Source: Nemertoderma westbladi
Taxonomy: Eukaryota; Animalia; Xenacoelomorpha
Reading direction: 5' to 3'
Assembly: GCA_032718475.1 (NCBI GenBank)
Contig: JAUCBJ010004437.1
Span: forward strand, 22,939 to 86,938
Length of the DNA: 64,000 bases
Under the pieces are notes generated by a model. That model was not told where the DNA came from. It ran no database searches and saw only the letters and a list, made by a program, of their open reading frames with translations. Shown here one piece after another: positions 12,986 through 25,371 of the stretch (the stretch's first letter is position 1; each line of letters starts with the position of its first letter). A program made the translations under genes and the position numbers.

Positions 12986-15349
12986 TCAGAATGGCCTGGT
13001 TGTCTCCCTCGTGTGGCGTCCCATAGGATCATTTTCATTGCCTTTGGTACGTACGTGTTCCGCCAAGAAATCCCTAAACTCCCTCCGGTTCTCTGGTGTC
13101 CACCTGTCCAGGTACCGTTGCGTATTCATAACTCCGGCGAACGATGCCGCCGTTGCTACTTCTTGATAGGTAAACGGTAGCCTTCGCTTTATGATTTCCA
13201 TGTGGGTCTCCTGGTTTATGAGGAAGAAACCCCACTTGAACTCTTGGGCCTTCATGCGCTGGCGCGTCATGGCCCCGACGTCGGCCCACTCCTCGAGCCT
13301 CGTGAACTTCTCCTCGTCGCTCATCCAGTCGCACTCGCGTCCGTAGTGTCCCCGAAAGTGGCACTTTGGACATCGGTTATGCAACCGTGGACACGCCCCC
13401 ATCCTGTGACTTGGTTCTCTACAGTAGAGACAAAAGGTTCCCCGTTGGAACCGGTATAGGCAGCTGCTTTCCCGATGGGTCTGTCTCCCACAGTAGTCGC
13501 AGCCGAGTACCAATGTCTCGCGTCCCACCTCGTCTTTCGTCCCAAGCGATCTCCGCGGTCTATGGAGTCGCTGGTAGGCGAACTTCTCTACGTTGCTCTC
13601 CCTGTTTACGTCTATCCCTCCGCCCCTCTCGGGCATCGTCTCCCCGAATACTATCCGTGGTGCCGTTCCCGGTTGCTCGCCCAACCTGATGGTGCTCCCC
13701 GCGAAATCCATCGCCGGCTCCTCGTGCACCCAGGTCCGCTTGCCGGATCTGTTCCAGAAGGCCCTCGCCCCACTGGCCGTCACCACCCTTCCGCCAACCC
13801 AGTCCGTGTCCGAGTGGCCTATCCTCTCGATGGGCGGCATCTCTCCGAACTCGTCGTCGTCGTCCTCCTCTTCCGGTAGTGTCTCCAATCCTGGTATCCC
13901 GATGGATCCACTATGTCCCTTCCCGCCTTGGCTCTCGCCCGTAGCTCTCCATCCCTCCAGCTCCCTTAGCTTCCTTGGCGGTTGGTCGCCCTCGGCGCCC
14001 GCTGGTATGGGTATCGTGTGCAACCCCGACGTCGACTGTTTCGGCGATCCCACCGTCCATCCCAATTCTCGCCCTAGAGACTCCCCCGAACTCCCTGACG
14101 AAGTCCAATGAAGTTCGTCTAGGCCCGCCTGTTCCTCGAAGCCGTAACTCTGTGCCCTGGCCTCCTCTTCCCTCTCCTCTGCTTCTATCCTCTCCCGTCT
14201 AGCGACTTCTTCCAGTCGCTTTGCTTCTCGTCTGTCCGCCTCTAGCTGCTCCCATCTCTGATACGGTGTATCTGTCTCCCCGTCTACCAGATGTCGGCTG
14301 TTGTAGTACACCGACTCGCCCTTCAGCCCCGGGTGGTCTACCAGACCGTCAAAGGCCACTTTAAAGGCTCTCCTGTAGCTTAGGGGTGATCCCGATAACA
14401 GAAATGCCCCTGGTTCCCTTTCGATAACTACGGTCATGAATAAGTTAAGCAAACTTATCATCATCCAGTCCTCCTGCAGGATATATCGCTTCTGATATAC
14501 CTTTATCGCTCCTCTGCGAAACTGATATACCTCCTGCTTTCCCGGTCTCGCTCCCCACTTCAGCGAGTTCGCTAGTTCTGCTCCGTATTCTTCCCTAAAC
14601 TTCCCCCAATCCATTGGTTTGTGGCATACGAGCCCCAATAATTGGCCCATCGCCACCGCCCCGCATTGGCCTGAGTTCTCGACCACCCCCAATCCATCCG
14701 GTGCCGTCATAGCCATAAAGACTTTCTGCATATCCAGGAGGTTGGTGGCGTCCGGACCGATGATCCTCTCCGCGTCCTCGCGAATCGCCGATCCCACTTT
14801 CGTCGTCGACTTCTCTCTTACTAAGACTTGTACCGCTTTTGGCAACCGGTCTAATTTCGGCCCGTCCTTCTTCCCATACGTCCCTAGGTCGAATAAGAAG
14901 ATGTCCCCATTTGGCGCTGCCAAATGCAAGAGTATGGTCCTGGCCGACCCTGCCGTTCCTCGTCTCGAACCCGCTTCGTCTTCCACGGTTCCCTCGTCAT
15001 CTAGGATCATATATCCTCCTCTGTTGACGGACTCTATGAATCTTTTCCAGTCCTTCCTCGGCGATTCCCTCGGATACTTCGGAATCCCGAACTTCGCCTC
15101 GTCTCCTCTCACCACGTAGTGGAAGTGTTGGAAGATCGCGTTGTCCAGCGACGGCGTCCCGTAGGTCCCGACCAACCGCTGTTCGTGCGCCTCCCGGAAG
15201 TGATCCTGCAGCGCTCGTGCCGCGTGACCCCTTTCCAACCTCTCGTAGTATCCTCTCGTCTTCTCCTCTGGGTGTCTTTCGGTGAAATCCACCAATATTT
15301 CTTTTCCTCCTGACTCCGCCTTCCTCTTTCTGATCAGCTTACTCGCCAT
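12986..15349 (-). CDS. Accessory protein of inner element: WRN/Mut-7/EXD-like DEDDy 3'-5' exonuclease domain, acidic linker and three CCHC-type zinc knuckles
   Basis: ExoI YMILDDEG; LLHLAAPNGDIFLFDL; LPKAVQVLVREKSTTKVGSAIREDAERI (ExoII); LLDMQKV; ExoIII-like QKRYILQED. C-terminal CDYCGRQTHRESSC, CLYCREPSHRMGAC, CPKCHFRGHYGREC. First ATG at 15349. Confidence 0.8.
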   Translation of the reverse strand: MASKLIRKRKAESGGKEILVDFTERHPEEKTRGYYERLERGHAARALQDHFREAHEQRLVGTYGTPSLDNAIFQHFHYVVRGDEAKFGIPKYPRESPRKDWKRFIESVNRGGYMILDDEGTVEDEAGSRRGTAGSARTILLHLAAPNGDIFLFDLGTYGKKDGPKLDRLPKAVQVLVREKSTTKVGSAIREDAERIIGPDATNLLDMQKVFMAMTAPDGLGVVENSGQCGAVAMGQLLGLVCHKPMDWGKFREEYGAELANSLKWGARPGKQEVYQFRRGAIKVYQKRYILQEDWMMISLLNLFMTVVIEREPGAFLLSGSPLSYRRAFKVAFDGLVDHPGLKGESVYYNSRHLVDGETDTPYQRWEQLEADRREAKRLEEVARRERIEAEEREEEARAQSYGFEEQAGLDELHWTSSGSSGESLGRELGWTVGSPKQSTSGLHTIPIPAGAEGDQPPRKLRELEGWRATGESQGGKGHSGSIGIPGLETLPEEEDDDDEFGEMPPIERIGHSDTDWVGGRVVTASGARAFWNRSGKRTWVHEEPAMDFAGSTIRLGEQPGTAPRIVFGETMPERGGGIDVNRESNVEKFAYQRLHRPRRSLGTKDEVGRETLVLGCDYCGRQTHRESSCLYRFQRGTFCLYCREPSHRMGACPRLHNRCPKCHFRGHYGRECDWMSDEEKFTRLEEWADVGAMTRQRMKAQEFKWGFFLINQETHMEIIKRRLPFTYQEVATAASFAGVMNTQRYLDRWTPENRREFRDFLAEHVRTKGNENDPMGRHTRETTRPF

Positions 15350-15861
15350 TCCGAACACTACACTCGCTCACCTGTAGGGTGGTGCCTTAGCAAGGCGCAA
15401 TACAGATGAGTGATGTATTAAGATGTTTCGTACAGTTCGATAATGGCCTACTTTTCTACTTAACTGCGCCTTTCAAGCTTAATTTAATCTAATTAATTTC
15501 GGAGCTAGTAAATCAGCCTAATTTACAATTTCCGTCCGTTACTTTTATTATGTTCTAGAACGACTTTCCTTGTGTTACCACTATTTTCCGATTTTAGCCC
15601 TATTCTATTTATTTATTTATTTTGCTTTGATTCTACTGTCCTACTACTTACTACTGCCTATGGATTTATTCTATTCTCTCTCTAATCCATATTCTGGCCT
15701 ACTCAGTGGGCCTATGCAGTACAGCAGTATGCGTCGTGTGGCCACACGATTTATCCAGCTGCACTCATATGCCCCCCTCTCGCTACTAACTCTACTTACT
15801 GCTAATTAATATCTATATCCTATTTACCCCTTTTATCTCTCACTCTCTCTCTCTAACTAAT

Positions 15862-16550
15862 GGTACTACGTACCTACTAACTCTAACTCTAACTAGGTAC
15901 TATGTACCTACTAACTCTAACTAACTATTGGTACTACGTACCTACTAACTCTAACTAACTATTGGTACTACGTACCCTCTAACTCTAACTCTATCTAGGT
16001 ACTACGTACCTACTAACTCTCTAACTATCGGTACTACGTACCCTCTAACTCTAACTAACTATTGGTACTACGTACCCTCTAACTCTAACTCTAACTAGGT
16101 ACTACGTACCTAGTAACTCTCTAACTATCGGTACTACGTACCCTCTAACTCTAACTCTAACTAGGTACTACGTACCTACTAACTCTCTAACTATCGGTAC
16201 TATGTACCCTCTAACTCTAACTAACTATTGGTACTACGTACCCTCTAACTCTCTAACTATCGGTACTACGTACCCTCTAACTAACTAACTCTAGGTACTA
16301 CGTACCTACTAACTAACTAACTCTAGGTACTACGTACCTACTAACTAACTAACTATCGGTACTATGTACCCTCTAACTCTAACTAACTCTAGGTACTACG
16401 TACCTACTAACTAACTAACTCTAGGTACTACGTACCTACTAACTAACTAACTATCGGTACTACGTACCCTCTAACTCTAACTAACTCTAGGTACTACGTA
16501 CCTGCTAACTAACTAACTTTAGGTACTACGTACCTGCTAACTAACTAACT
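15862..16550. repeat. Tandem array of 21 units of 32-34 bp with hairpin core GGTAC-TAC-GTACC and CTAA repeats
   Basis: Counted directly; lies between the integrase stop and the accessory ORF. Confidence 0.95.
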
Positions 16551-16654
16551 TTTATTTTTATTTTTATTTTATTTGTGTGGGAAGGGCGTCTCGCCCTCAA
16601 TCCCACCCCCCTCAGTCCAAGACTTGGACGACTAAACTCCACTCTAACTCCGCT

Positions 16655-19600
16655 CTAAGGTGCTCCTTCTAAGAGACAGCATTTACCTACCGCTCTCCTG
16701 TAGGTTTTTCTGTCCTTCGCACCTATCTTTCCACCTATCCGCACTTCTACCGATCGGACTCTTCCGTCCTCGTCGGAGTAGGTGTCTACAACTCTCGCCA
16801 ACCGCCATTGGTTGTTGATGATAGTATCATCCGTGACGATTACGAGATCTCCCTCTCTTAACTCCCTGTTCGGCTTCCTCCACTTGCTTCGCTTATGGAG
16901 CGTGGGTAGGTATTCTTCTACCCACCTCCTCCAATACTCTGCGCTAATTGCTTTAGCTACTTTCCAACTTTGGCGGGAGTGTATATCATCTGGGTCTACA
17001 CCCCGCATATCGATGGTCGCTGGCCTTTCCATCAGGAAATGGCTAGGCGTCAACACGTCTAATGACTCAGGGTCATCATTCTCCGGGTATAGCGGTCTGC
17101 TATTAATGATCCCCTCGCACTTCGCAAGTACTGTCCGTAAGACGTCTTCAGTGACCATGTGGGTGTTCATCAGCTTCGTCATTAGACGTTTTGAACTGCC
17201 CACGAGTCTCTCGACGCATCCTAATGTATGTGGTGCATACGGCGTCCTTCTCTCCCACTTCACTTGTCGTCTTCTCATGGCCGCCCTGACTTCTTCTCCC
17301 TCCAAGATGTCTATGGCCTCTGCCATCTCACTCTCTGCGCCCACAAAATTGGTGCCGTTGTCGCTATATATCACTGCGATCGTCCCACCTTTGCAGTCCC
17401 TAAACCTTTCTAAGGCGTTAATGAATGCTGATGCGGTTGCATCTTGGGCGAGTTCTATCCCTACCGCCGCGTATTGTTGCATACGAAGATAATACCGTAG
17501 CGTTTCTCCGTGTGTCGCATCACCTTGATCTTTATCGGCCCGAACATGTCCACACCGCAATGCGTAAATGGCGGGTCGTGCTGTCTTAACCTACTCGCCG
17601 GTAGTGGTGCCATCTCCTGTACGGCTCGTTCCTTCTTCGCTCGTCGGCAGGTCTGGCACTGCCCCACTACCGCTTTAACCTTCTTCCTTAGTTGTTTGAC
17701 CCAATAGGTCCTCCTTATCTCTGTGAGGGTTCGGTTGGTGCCCCCATGCAGTATCGATTTGTGGGAGTCCCATATGATCTGGTGGACTATAGGCGATCCT
17801 GTGGGAACGATGATGGGTTTCGGTGGCACGACTATACTGTTGTTGTATCCCACCCTAGAATTCATTACTAGAATCCCATCCTCGTTGAGTTGTGGCGACA
17901 GCGTGATCAACTCGCTATCCCGTCGGAGGTGCTGTTGGTTACCGACGCGTTCCACCTCGTCGCCGTAGTTCTTGCGTTGTTCATAGCGGATCACTGCCTT
18001 GGCCGCTCCTTCCAGATCTATGGTTGTCCTGGTCTTCTTGTCCTTGCCGACTCCCGCAAGGAAATTCCCAAAGGCTCTCCAGTACGCCACTAGTTTCTTG
18101 GTCTTATACCAACTAGAACTGTAGCTGAGGAGTTTATCCGTCGGGTTATCGCACAGTTCCCTTCCTGGTTGCACGTCCCTAATCTCCCTCACCATCTGGG
18201 AGTATATCTCTTCTCCCTCTGAATCTCCTTCTCCTTCTGATACTGGTTCCGAGCCCGGGTCCACCTTCCTCATCGGCGGCCAGGCCTCTCTATCGCTCAG
18301 AAATTGTGGCCCATGTTGCCACAATACTTCCTTCTTCAGGAAAGTGTGGCGTTCCACGCCCCTCGACAGCAAGTCCGCTGGGTTCTCATCTGTTGGGCAG
18401 TAGTGCCACCTTTCTAGTTCTGTGCTCGCCCTTATTTCGTCCACTCTATTCGCGACGAATATCGGGTATCTCGTCTTTTCGTTGTGTAGCCAACCAAGCA
18501 CTACCATGGAGTCCGTCCAGTAGTGTGTCTCCACTATGTTGGGAATTGTATCCACTAGGTAGGCTGTGGCTCTAACTCCTAGTCTCGCAGCTGTCAATTC
18601 TAACTTGGGAACAGATGCTGAATCTGGCGGCGTTGACTTAGCTTTGCTAAAGGCAAGTCTGGGCTTGTGAGGCCCCTCTCGTTGTACTAAATAGAGTGCC
18701 GCTCCGTATGCCTCTAACGACGCGTCGGAGAACATATGTAAGTCCAGATTCGTCATGTTCCCGTCCGGAAAATACACTCGCGGCATGTTGTATGTTCCCA
18801 TCCTCTCCAAGTCTCCTGTCCATTTGCTCCACTGTTTCTTGATGTCCTCTGGTACCTCTACATCCCACTCATCCTTCAATTTATATACTCTCTTGAGTAT
18901 CTGTTTCCCCGTGACTAGTAGTGGGGATGCTAGGCCTAGGGGATCGTATATCCTTGCTATATACGATACATAACCCCTCTTCGTATGGGTGTCTGCGCCC
19001 TCCTGGCTCAGCTGATACTTCAGTTCGTCTGTTTTCCTATCCCACACGATTCCCAATGCCTTCTGCTGGGATTCCGTTCTCTTAATCGCCATGTCCTGTC
19101 CTTTGGCTGTTGTAGGGTTGTCCATGGTCGATTCTGGTTTCTTGTCTTCTATTTCCTTGATAAATTCTTCTGAACTGGATTGGAATTTGGTCAGGTTGAA
19201 GCCGGATCCTTTCAGGATGTCGCGAACCTCGCGCCCTGTTTCCAGTATCTCCTCAACCGTATTTCCAGACTCCATACCGTCGTCTACGTAGAAGCCGCGT
19301 CTGATCATATCGACGGCCCTACTGCTATATCTATCTTCCTTCCCCTTTACCGTGTCTCTCACTGCCATAGTCGTCGTAAATGAGGACGACTTGGCCCCCA
19401 TGTTTTGTACTACCATCTTATACGCTGGTATTACCGGCGGTTCTTCTTCGCCGTTATACCATAAGAAGCGTTGACTGTCACTATCTTCTTCCGTTACACG
19501 TACCTGGTTGAACATGCCTTCTATGTCACACGTGAAGGCGTGTTTCCCGTTTCGAAACCTAAGTAACACCTCTATGCCCGAATTGTAAATATTTGGGCCT

Positions 19601-22600
19601 TCCAACAGGTAATCGTTTAAGCATTTTCCGTCGGTCTTTGCCGATGCATCGACTACCATCCTCAGTTTACCTTTCTTTGGGTCTAATGCTACGTGGAGTG
19701 GCAGGTAGTATGTCCTGTCCGTATTCGGCTCGTCGACCGGTAACTCCACGGCCCATCCTTTCTCGACGTACTTCTTAATGGTTTTGTGAATGTACTCGTT
19801 CTTCTCGGGGCTCCGTTTTAGTGTTTGTTTCAGCTTGCGGAGTCTCGTGAGTACCATCCCTCTATTATCGGGTAGCGGTATCTTCGGTAGTTTCCATACC
19901 ATTCCTATTGTATACCGCCCCTCATCACACGTCATCGATTCCTCCACGCTTTGTAGAGCCTGTTTGTCTTCTACCGAGGTCCCGACCCCGGTCTCTTTCA
20001 GTCCCTCAAAGTCTTGCCTGAGCAGTCTTTTAAGCTGCTCCTCTGCACCCTCATCACCCATTTCCTGCATTGTTCCCGCGAACATGCATCCTGATGTCTC
20101 CGACATCCTGAATGGTATCTTGCTCTTAATTGGACCACTCAGCGTCCACCCGAATGGCGTTAGTATAGCCACCGGGTCGCTCTGCTTGTCTTCGCCGAAG
20201 ACCGTTTGCATTCTTTCGTGGGCCGTCGGGCAGTCCATTCCTACTATGATGGATACCTTCCTAACGTCCACGTCTGGGATCGAGAAGTCAATGTCGTCCA
20301 GGAATTTGTATTGCTCGACCTCGATGTTGGTTGGCCGCCTGGCATTGATGTTAATTGACTCTATTACTTGGATGGGATCGATGGTTGCCCCATAATCGCA
20401 TCCTGGTGCTACTGCTGCAATTGCGCACCGTCCTGTCCTCATCTCTAGGATCTCATCTTTGCTAGAGATGGTTGTTACCGCCATCCTGCTTGGCCTTGTT
20501 CTCAATCCTATTTCTTCGGCTACCCATTCCTCTACTAATGTGAAGGCAGCTCCGCTATCAACCAGCATCAGTGTTGTTACTGATCGATTGCCTTCCCCGA
20601 TCACTCGTACTGGTACTACTCCAAGTAGCACTGTTCCTCTCTTCTTCGCCCCTACTGTGCTCGTTGCCATCGTCTGGCCTCTCCTTTGGCCAAACTTGAC
20701 CGGCTTCTCTTGGCATTCCCTGGCCTTGTGTCCACTCTTCACACATCGCGAGCAGATTTTATTGCTCGACGCGTAATCTATCTGGTCTTGCCTCGGTAGC
20801 GCCTGCCAGTACCTGCAGTTCATGGTTTTATGAAGCGCATTTGCGTGTAACTGGCATTTGCTCTTTGGGTCGTAGCCCTCTTTATACAATGCATTGCGTA
20901 TCGCAGTTATGTTTGTACCAAAGTCCCTACTGTTCTTATTGACTGGATTTGGCCTACTGGACGTACTGGGGTTATGTTTATTCATGTTGTTATTGTTCCC
21001 CTGTCCGTCCCTTGATGTTGTCTTATCTTCGTTTGTCTGTGGACTTGCAGTCCCCTGCGTCGCTGCATATGGCAATGATTGCCTGAGTCTCGGTAACGCG
21101 TTCGATGTGTTGTGCTCTGGTTTTGGTCTATGGTAGTCTGTCTTTGGTCCCTTTCCCAGGCTGTCTTCACTATAGACTGGGTCCGTTATTAGTTCGGCCT
21201 CGTAATTTAAGAAGTTTGACATTTCTTCTAAACCTGGTTCCGCACCCTTCTTGTCTCGGGTGGAGAAAGCGATCTTCCTCCATTTGTTGCGCAGCCAGCT
21301 CGGTAGTGCCTGCGCTATCGTGGTGATGTTATTGGACGCGTTGAGCTCGTATGGCGCGTCTAGCGTCTTCAGCACGATCAGCGCCTTCTCGACTTTGTTA
21401 GCAAACGTCTTAATGCTAACGGGATTATCCTGTAGCCCACCCGATGTTATGCCTCTCAGCGTTTGCCTGATGATCTTGGCCGGGTGCCCGTATTCCCTAT
21501 CCAGTGCCCGCCATGCTGTCGTGAAGCCGCCCTCTATTCCCTGATATTGCCTCACGATGTTGTATGCTGGGCCTCCCGTGTACACATGTAGATACTTTAG
21601 GCACTCCGCCTGCGTCAAGTTTTTTGTTAGTATTTCGTTACTATACATTCGCCGAAACTGTAAGTATTCTTCCGGCCTGCTCCCATCGAATTTGAACGGT
21701 TCCGCGGGTGGTAATTCGATCCTCGTTTTCAACGCATCGATCAACGTGGCCATCCCCATTGCCTGCGCTTCTAATGGATTCGACGGGTGCTGTATAGTTT
21801 CCCCTGTCTGGTGCGGTTCGTCCGTCCTATTTCTTGATCTTCTCTGACTCGGATATGTCATCGGGGGTAGCGGCCCCCTCCATATGTCTGTGTCACACGA
21901 CCTGTTTTCGTCCAAGGGTTTCGTTGTTCTTGCTACCATCGGGGTATATTGTTGATATTGTGATGGGGGAATGTCACCCTGTCCCCCCCCCCCACCGGTA
22001 TGTCTGGTACTGGGGTTGATGTTAATACGTTGGGGCCCATGCACCTATCCGCAACAACTCCCCCCTCCCCTGGGTATATGTTATGTCCCTGCATGCTGTA
22101 GTCATACTGCTGTGCTGGTACCGATATAGGCCTATCAGCTTCTGGCCTACCCGCCGGTATGTATTCCGCGACTTCCGGGTTTAATTCCGTCGTTCGCGCT
22201 ATCCTATCGCCTATATAGCCTCTCTCAGTATGGCCTACGGTATGTGCAGTAAGGCCTATACTATGTCCTACAGTCTGCATGTGTTGTTCGGGATCGAAGT
22301 TTATTCTTCTTGAATAATCCTCCCCGCGGCTACCGTAATCTCGTCCGGAAGGTACATTCCGTCGGAAAGTTTCTCTCCGACCCCCCTCTCTACTGTTCTC
22401 ATCCTCGTACTGGCACATCGCGTACCCTTCTCTCGGCGTGCAATGCGCCTCGCCAGGTCGCATCTCTCCGGGGCGACGGCAATCTCCCGGAGTCCGACCC
22501 CACTGACTCTCCGTTCTCATCTCGACTACCGACGGCTCGCTGTCCGTCCTCGCTCTTCTATCGTTTGCGGCGATACTTCTACTACTGTCTTCCTTTCTTC

Positions 22601-25371
22601 TCCTATCAGTGGAATATTCCCGCTCGCGAGATCTCTCGTCGACCTCCCGGTTAAACCCCACTGTTCTTCTTTCCTCCTCTGGTCGGGCTCGACGCTCCGT
22701 CCGCCCTCTCGCGACGTCAACCTGTCCTTCCCTGCCCGGTCGCACGTCGCTGGGGATACTCGTAATCCCCCTATTACTTTCCGTCACCGGTTGTTGCGGT
22801 TTACCTATTTCGGCCCTCGCATTATCCGCTGACGGCTGTGGGACACTCTCTGCCCCCCCCCCCCTTCTCGCCGCTAACTCTCTGTTGTGGGGCCCTCGTA
22901 GCCCCCCCCCCACTCGCTACATCTAACTTCGCTACCTCTTTCCCCGCTATTATATACCTCTCTAGTCGACACATCAACCCTACCACGGTCGGGTCTGTTC
23001 ACCCCCGCCTCTCCCTCTGCTATTGCGTGGCCTACCAGGCCCTCTACTCCCTCCCTACCAACCACGTGGCTTACCAGGCTCTCTGCTCCCTGTCTACTAA
23101 CTACGTGGCCCACCAGGCCCTCTGCTCCCTGTCTACTAACTACGTGGCCTACCAGGCCCTCTGCTCCCTGTCTACTAACTACGTGGCCTACCAGGCCCTC
23201 TGCTCCCTGTCTACTAACTACGTGGCCTACCAGGCCCTCTGCTCCCTGGTTATGTAGGCCCGACGTGTTTGCATTAATAGCACCTATATTAGAAACGGAA
23301 TCAATTTGCTCGTTTGAAACAAAACCATTTGCATTATTCTGCGCGACTACGTTATTTGAGTTATTTTGTAAATTCGGGCATGGGTCATTATTTAAATTAT
23401 TCGAATTATTTTGCGTAATTGCGTTATTTAAATTATTTTGTAGGTCCGAGTTCGGATTATTATTTTGATTATTTGAATTATTTTGCGTAACTACATCAAC
23501 ATTAGGATTATTTTCTACATTAGTATTGGGATTGTTCTGATTTAAATTTAAATTACTACCACTAGGCAAAGTATTTCCTGCAATAAAGGTTTGATTAGTG
23601 TTATCCCATACGGTACTATTAATATCAACAACGTCTACAGTACCAATATTATTATTACCCCCCCCCCCCCCCCCCCGTTCGTACGGTTGCACCAGTCTTG
23701 AGTCTGTCGTGCGGTCCCTGTCAGTGGGGTATTAATAAATGTTTCTACGGCCCCCGGCTCCCTAAAAATACCCGAGCCGGCCCCGCTTTCAGACGGCGCT
23801 TTTCGCACGAGTTGCAACTCGTGCGCCCGTTTAATCTCATCTCCCGCAGACTCACTCTGTAGTCTCTCTATTTTCTTGTTTTCTCCCTCAGTCTCTGCCA
23901 CTCTTCTCTCACGCTCCCGGGTGTCCCTAATGGCCGACTCTGCAGCACTCTTAATACTCTCCCTTCGTCTCACTTCGCGCTCCTTACGTTCCTTTTCCTC
24001 TCTCGCCTCACGCTCCTTGCGTTCCGCCTCACGCTCCTTGCGTTCCCTTTCCTCCCTTGCCTCACGCTCCTTGCGTTCCCCTTCCTCTCTCGCCTCACGC
24101 TCCTTGCGTTCCTTTTCCATTCTCGCCTCACGCTCCTTGCGTTCCGCCTCACGCTCCTTGCGTTCCGCCTCACGCTCCTTGCGTTCCCTTTCCTCCCTTG
24201 CCTCACGCTCCTTGCGCCCCCTTTCCTCTCTCGCCTCACGCTCCCTACACTCCCTTTCCTCTATCTCATCATACTCCCTTAGGCTTTTCAAAGCCCTTTC
24301 GGCCCTCTCTCCTGTTTCTTTAAGCAATGCCGTTTCCCTCTCTAACCGCACTCTCCCTTCCTCTAGCCGTTCCTTCATTTCTCTATGATCTTTCGCTGCC
24401 ATGCTGAGACGATATTCGGCACCTATCTCTCTCACCGCTCTTCCTTTCGCGGAGGATGTAACAGACTTATCGGTTACGACGGATTTCCCCCGCCTTCCCG
24501 ACCTACTGATTTCCCCCCGCTTCCCGGAGCTTTCTCCGACCGACGAGGCCGAATCCTCGGGGTTAACCTCGGATTCGCCCCCTTCGGGTTCCCTCCAGCC
24601 TACTGGTTTTACTCCCCGGGCATCGACCAAGTATGGCCCTATGTACACTGACGCTGCACTAGGTTCCATACTCCCACACTCCCATAGTTCAAACAGTTCC
24701 CCGGCAATCCCGTGTGCTCTCGTTTCGGCTAGTTCTCTTTGCCCAAAACGTATTAGGTAATTTATGTGTCTATCCGACTCACCTAGTCGCTTTCTCAGTC
24801 TCACCTCGTCTACCTTCGCCCCTTCCTTCTTGGCGTCCTTTATCATCCTTCGGGTCGCGTTGTAGGCCCGTCGAAGTCGCTCTGATACCCCGACGTCCTC
24901 GTCGCCGACCTCTCCTCCGGCCCTCCGGGTTCGACGTCGTACCGGCGGCTCCACCGTCGCCGTTCCGGTGGGCCGTCCGTCGCCCTCGGCCTGTTGCTGG
25001 CCGGCGACATCGGTACCAATCTCTCCTCCGTCTCTTCGCGTCCGGCGTCGTACCGTCGGCCCCACCGTCGCCGTTTCGGTGGGCCGCTCGTCGCCCTCGG
25101 CCGGTAGCTGGCCGGCGACATCGGCGCGCCGTTCTCCGTCTCGTGTCGACTCGTCTCTTTCTCCCTCGACCTCGTTCTCTCTATCCTCCGGCTCGAGTCC
25201 CTCTCCTCTCAACTCGGATTCTGATTCCAGACGGTCCCCCTCATCTTGGACTTCCGGGTCACCCGTTACCGATGGCTCCGGCGTCGTGGGCCTATACCGC
25301 CTGGTCGCGGCCTCGCGGATCGTTTGATCTTCGTCCGGGGTCCGCGTCGGTGTCTCGCCCGATTCACTCAT
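16655..25371 (-). pseudogene. Inner element gag-pol polyprotein, broken by frameshifts (three at G-runs, one 1-nt loss near 17467)
   Basis: Consecutive ORFs 23635-25371, 22874-23692, 21933-22913, 17461-22044, 16655-17560. BEL gag core (PFKFDG..YLQF), CSRCVKSGHKAREC, LVDSGA, FYVDD, FSDAS, HGG..CQTC, VDMFGP, SDNGTNF, VERLV. Confidence 0.93.
23026..23248 (-). repeat. 39-bp coding tandem repeat (QGAEGLVGHVVSR, about 5.5 copies)
   Basis: Visible tandem units; only one minus-strand frame is open across them. Confidence 0.9.

Noticed and set aside
12986-15358. env gene call for either 3' ORF
   Set aside because: No signal peptide or C-terminal TM anchor in either protein.
15862-16550. CRISPR-like appearance (palindromic repeat with spacers)
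   Set aside because: Spacers are not unique (all CTAA variants), there are no cas genes, and the context is a eukaryotic retrotransposon.
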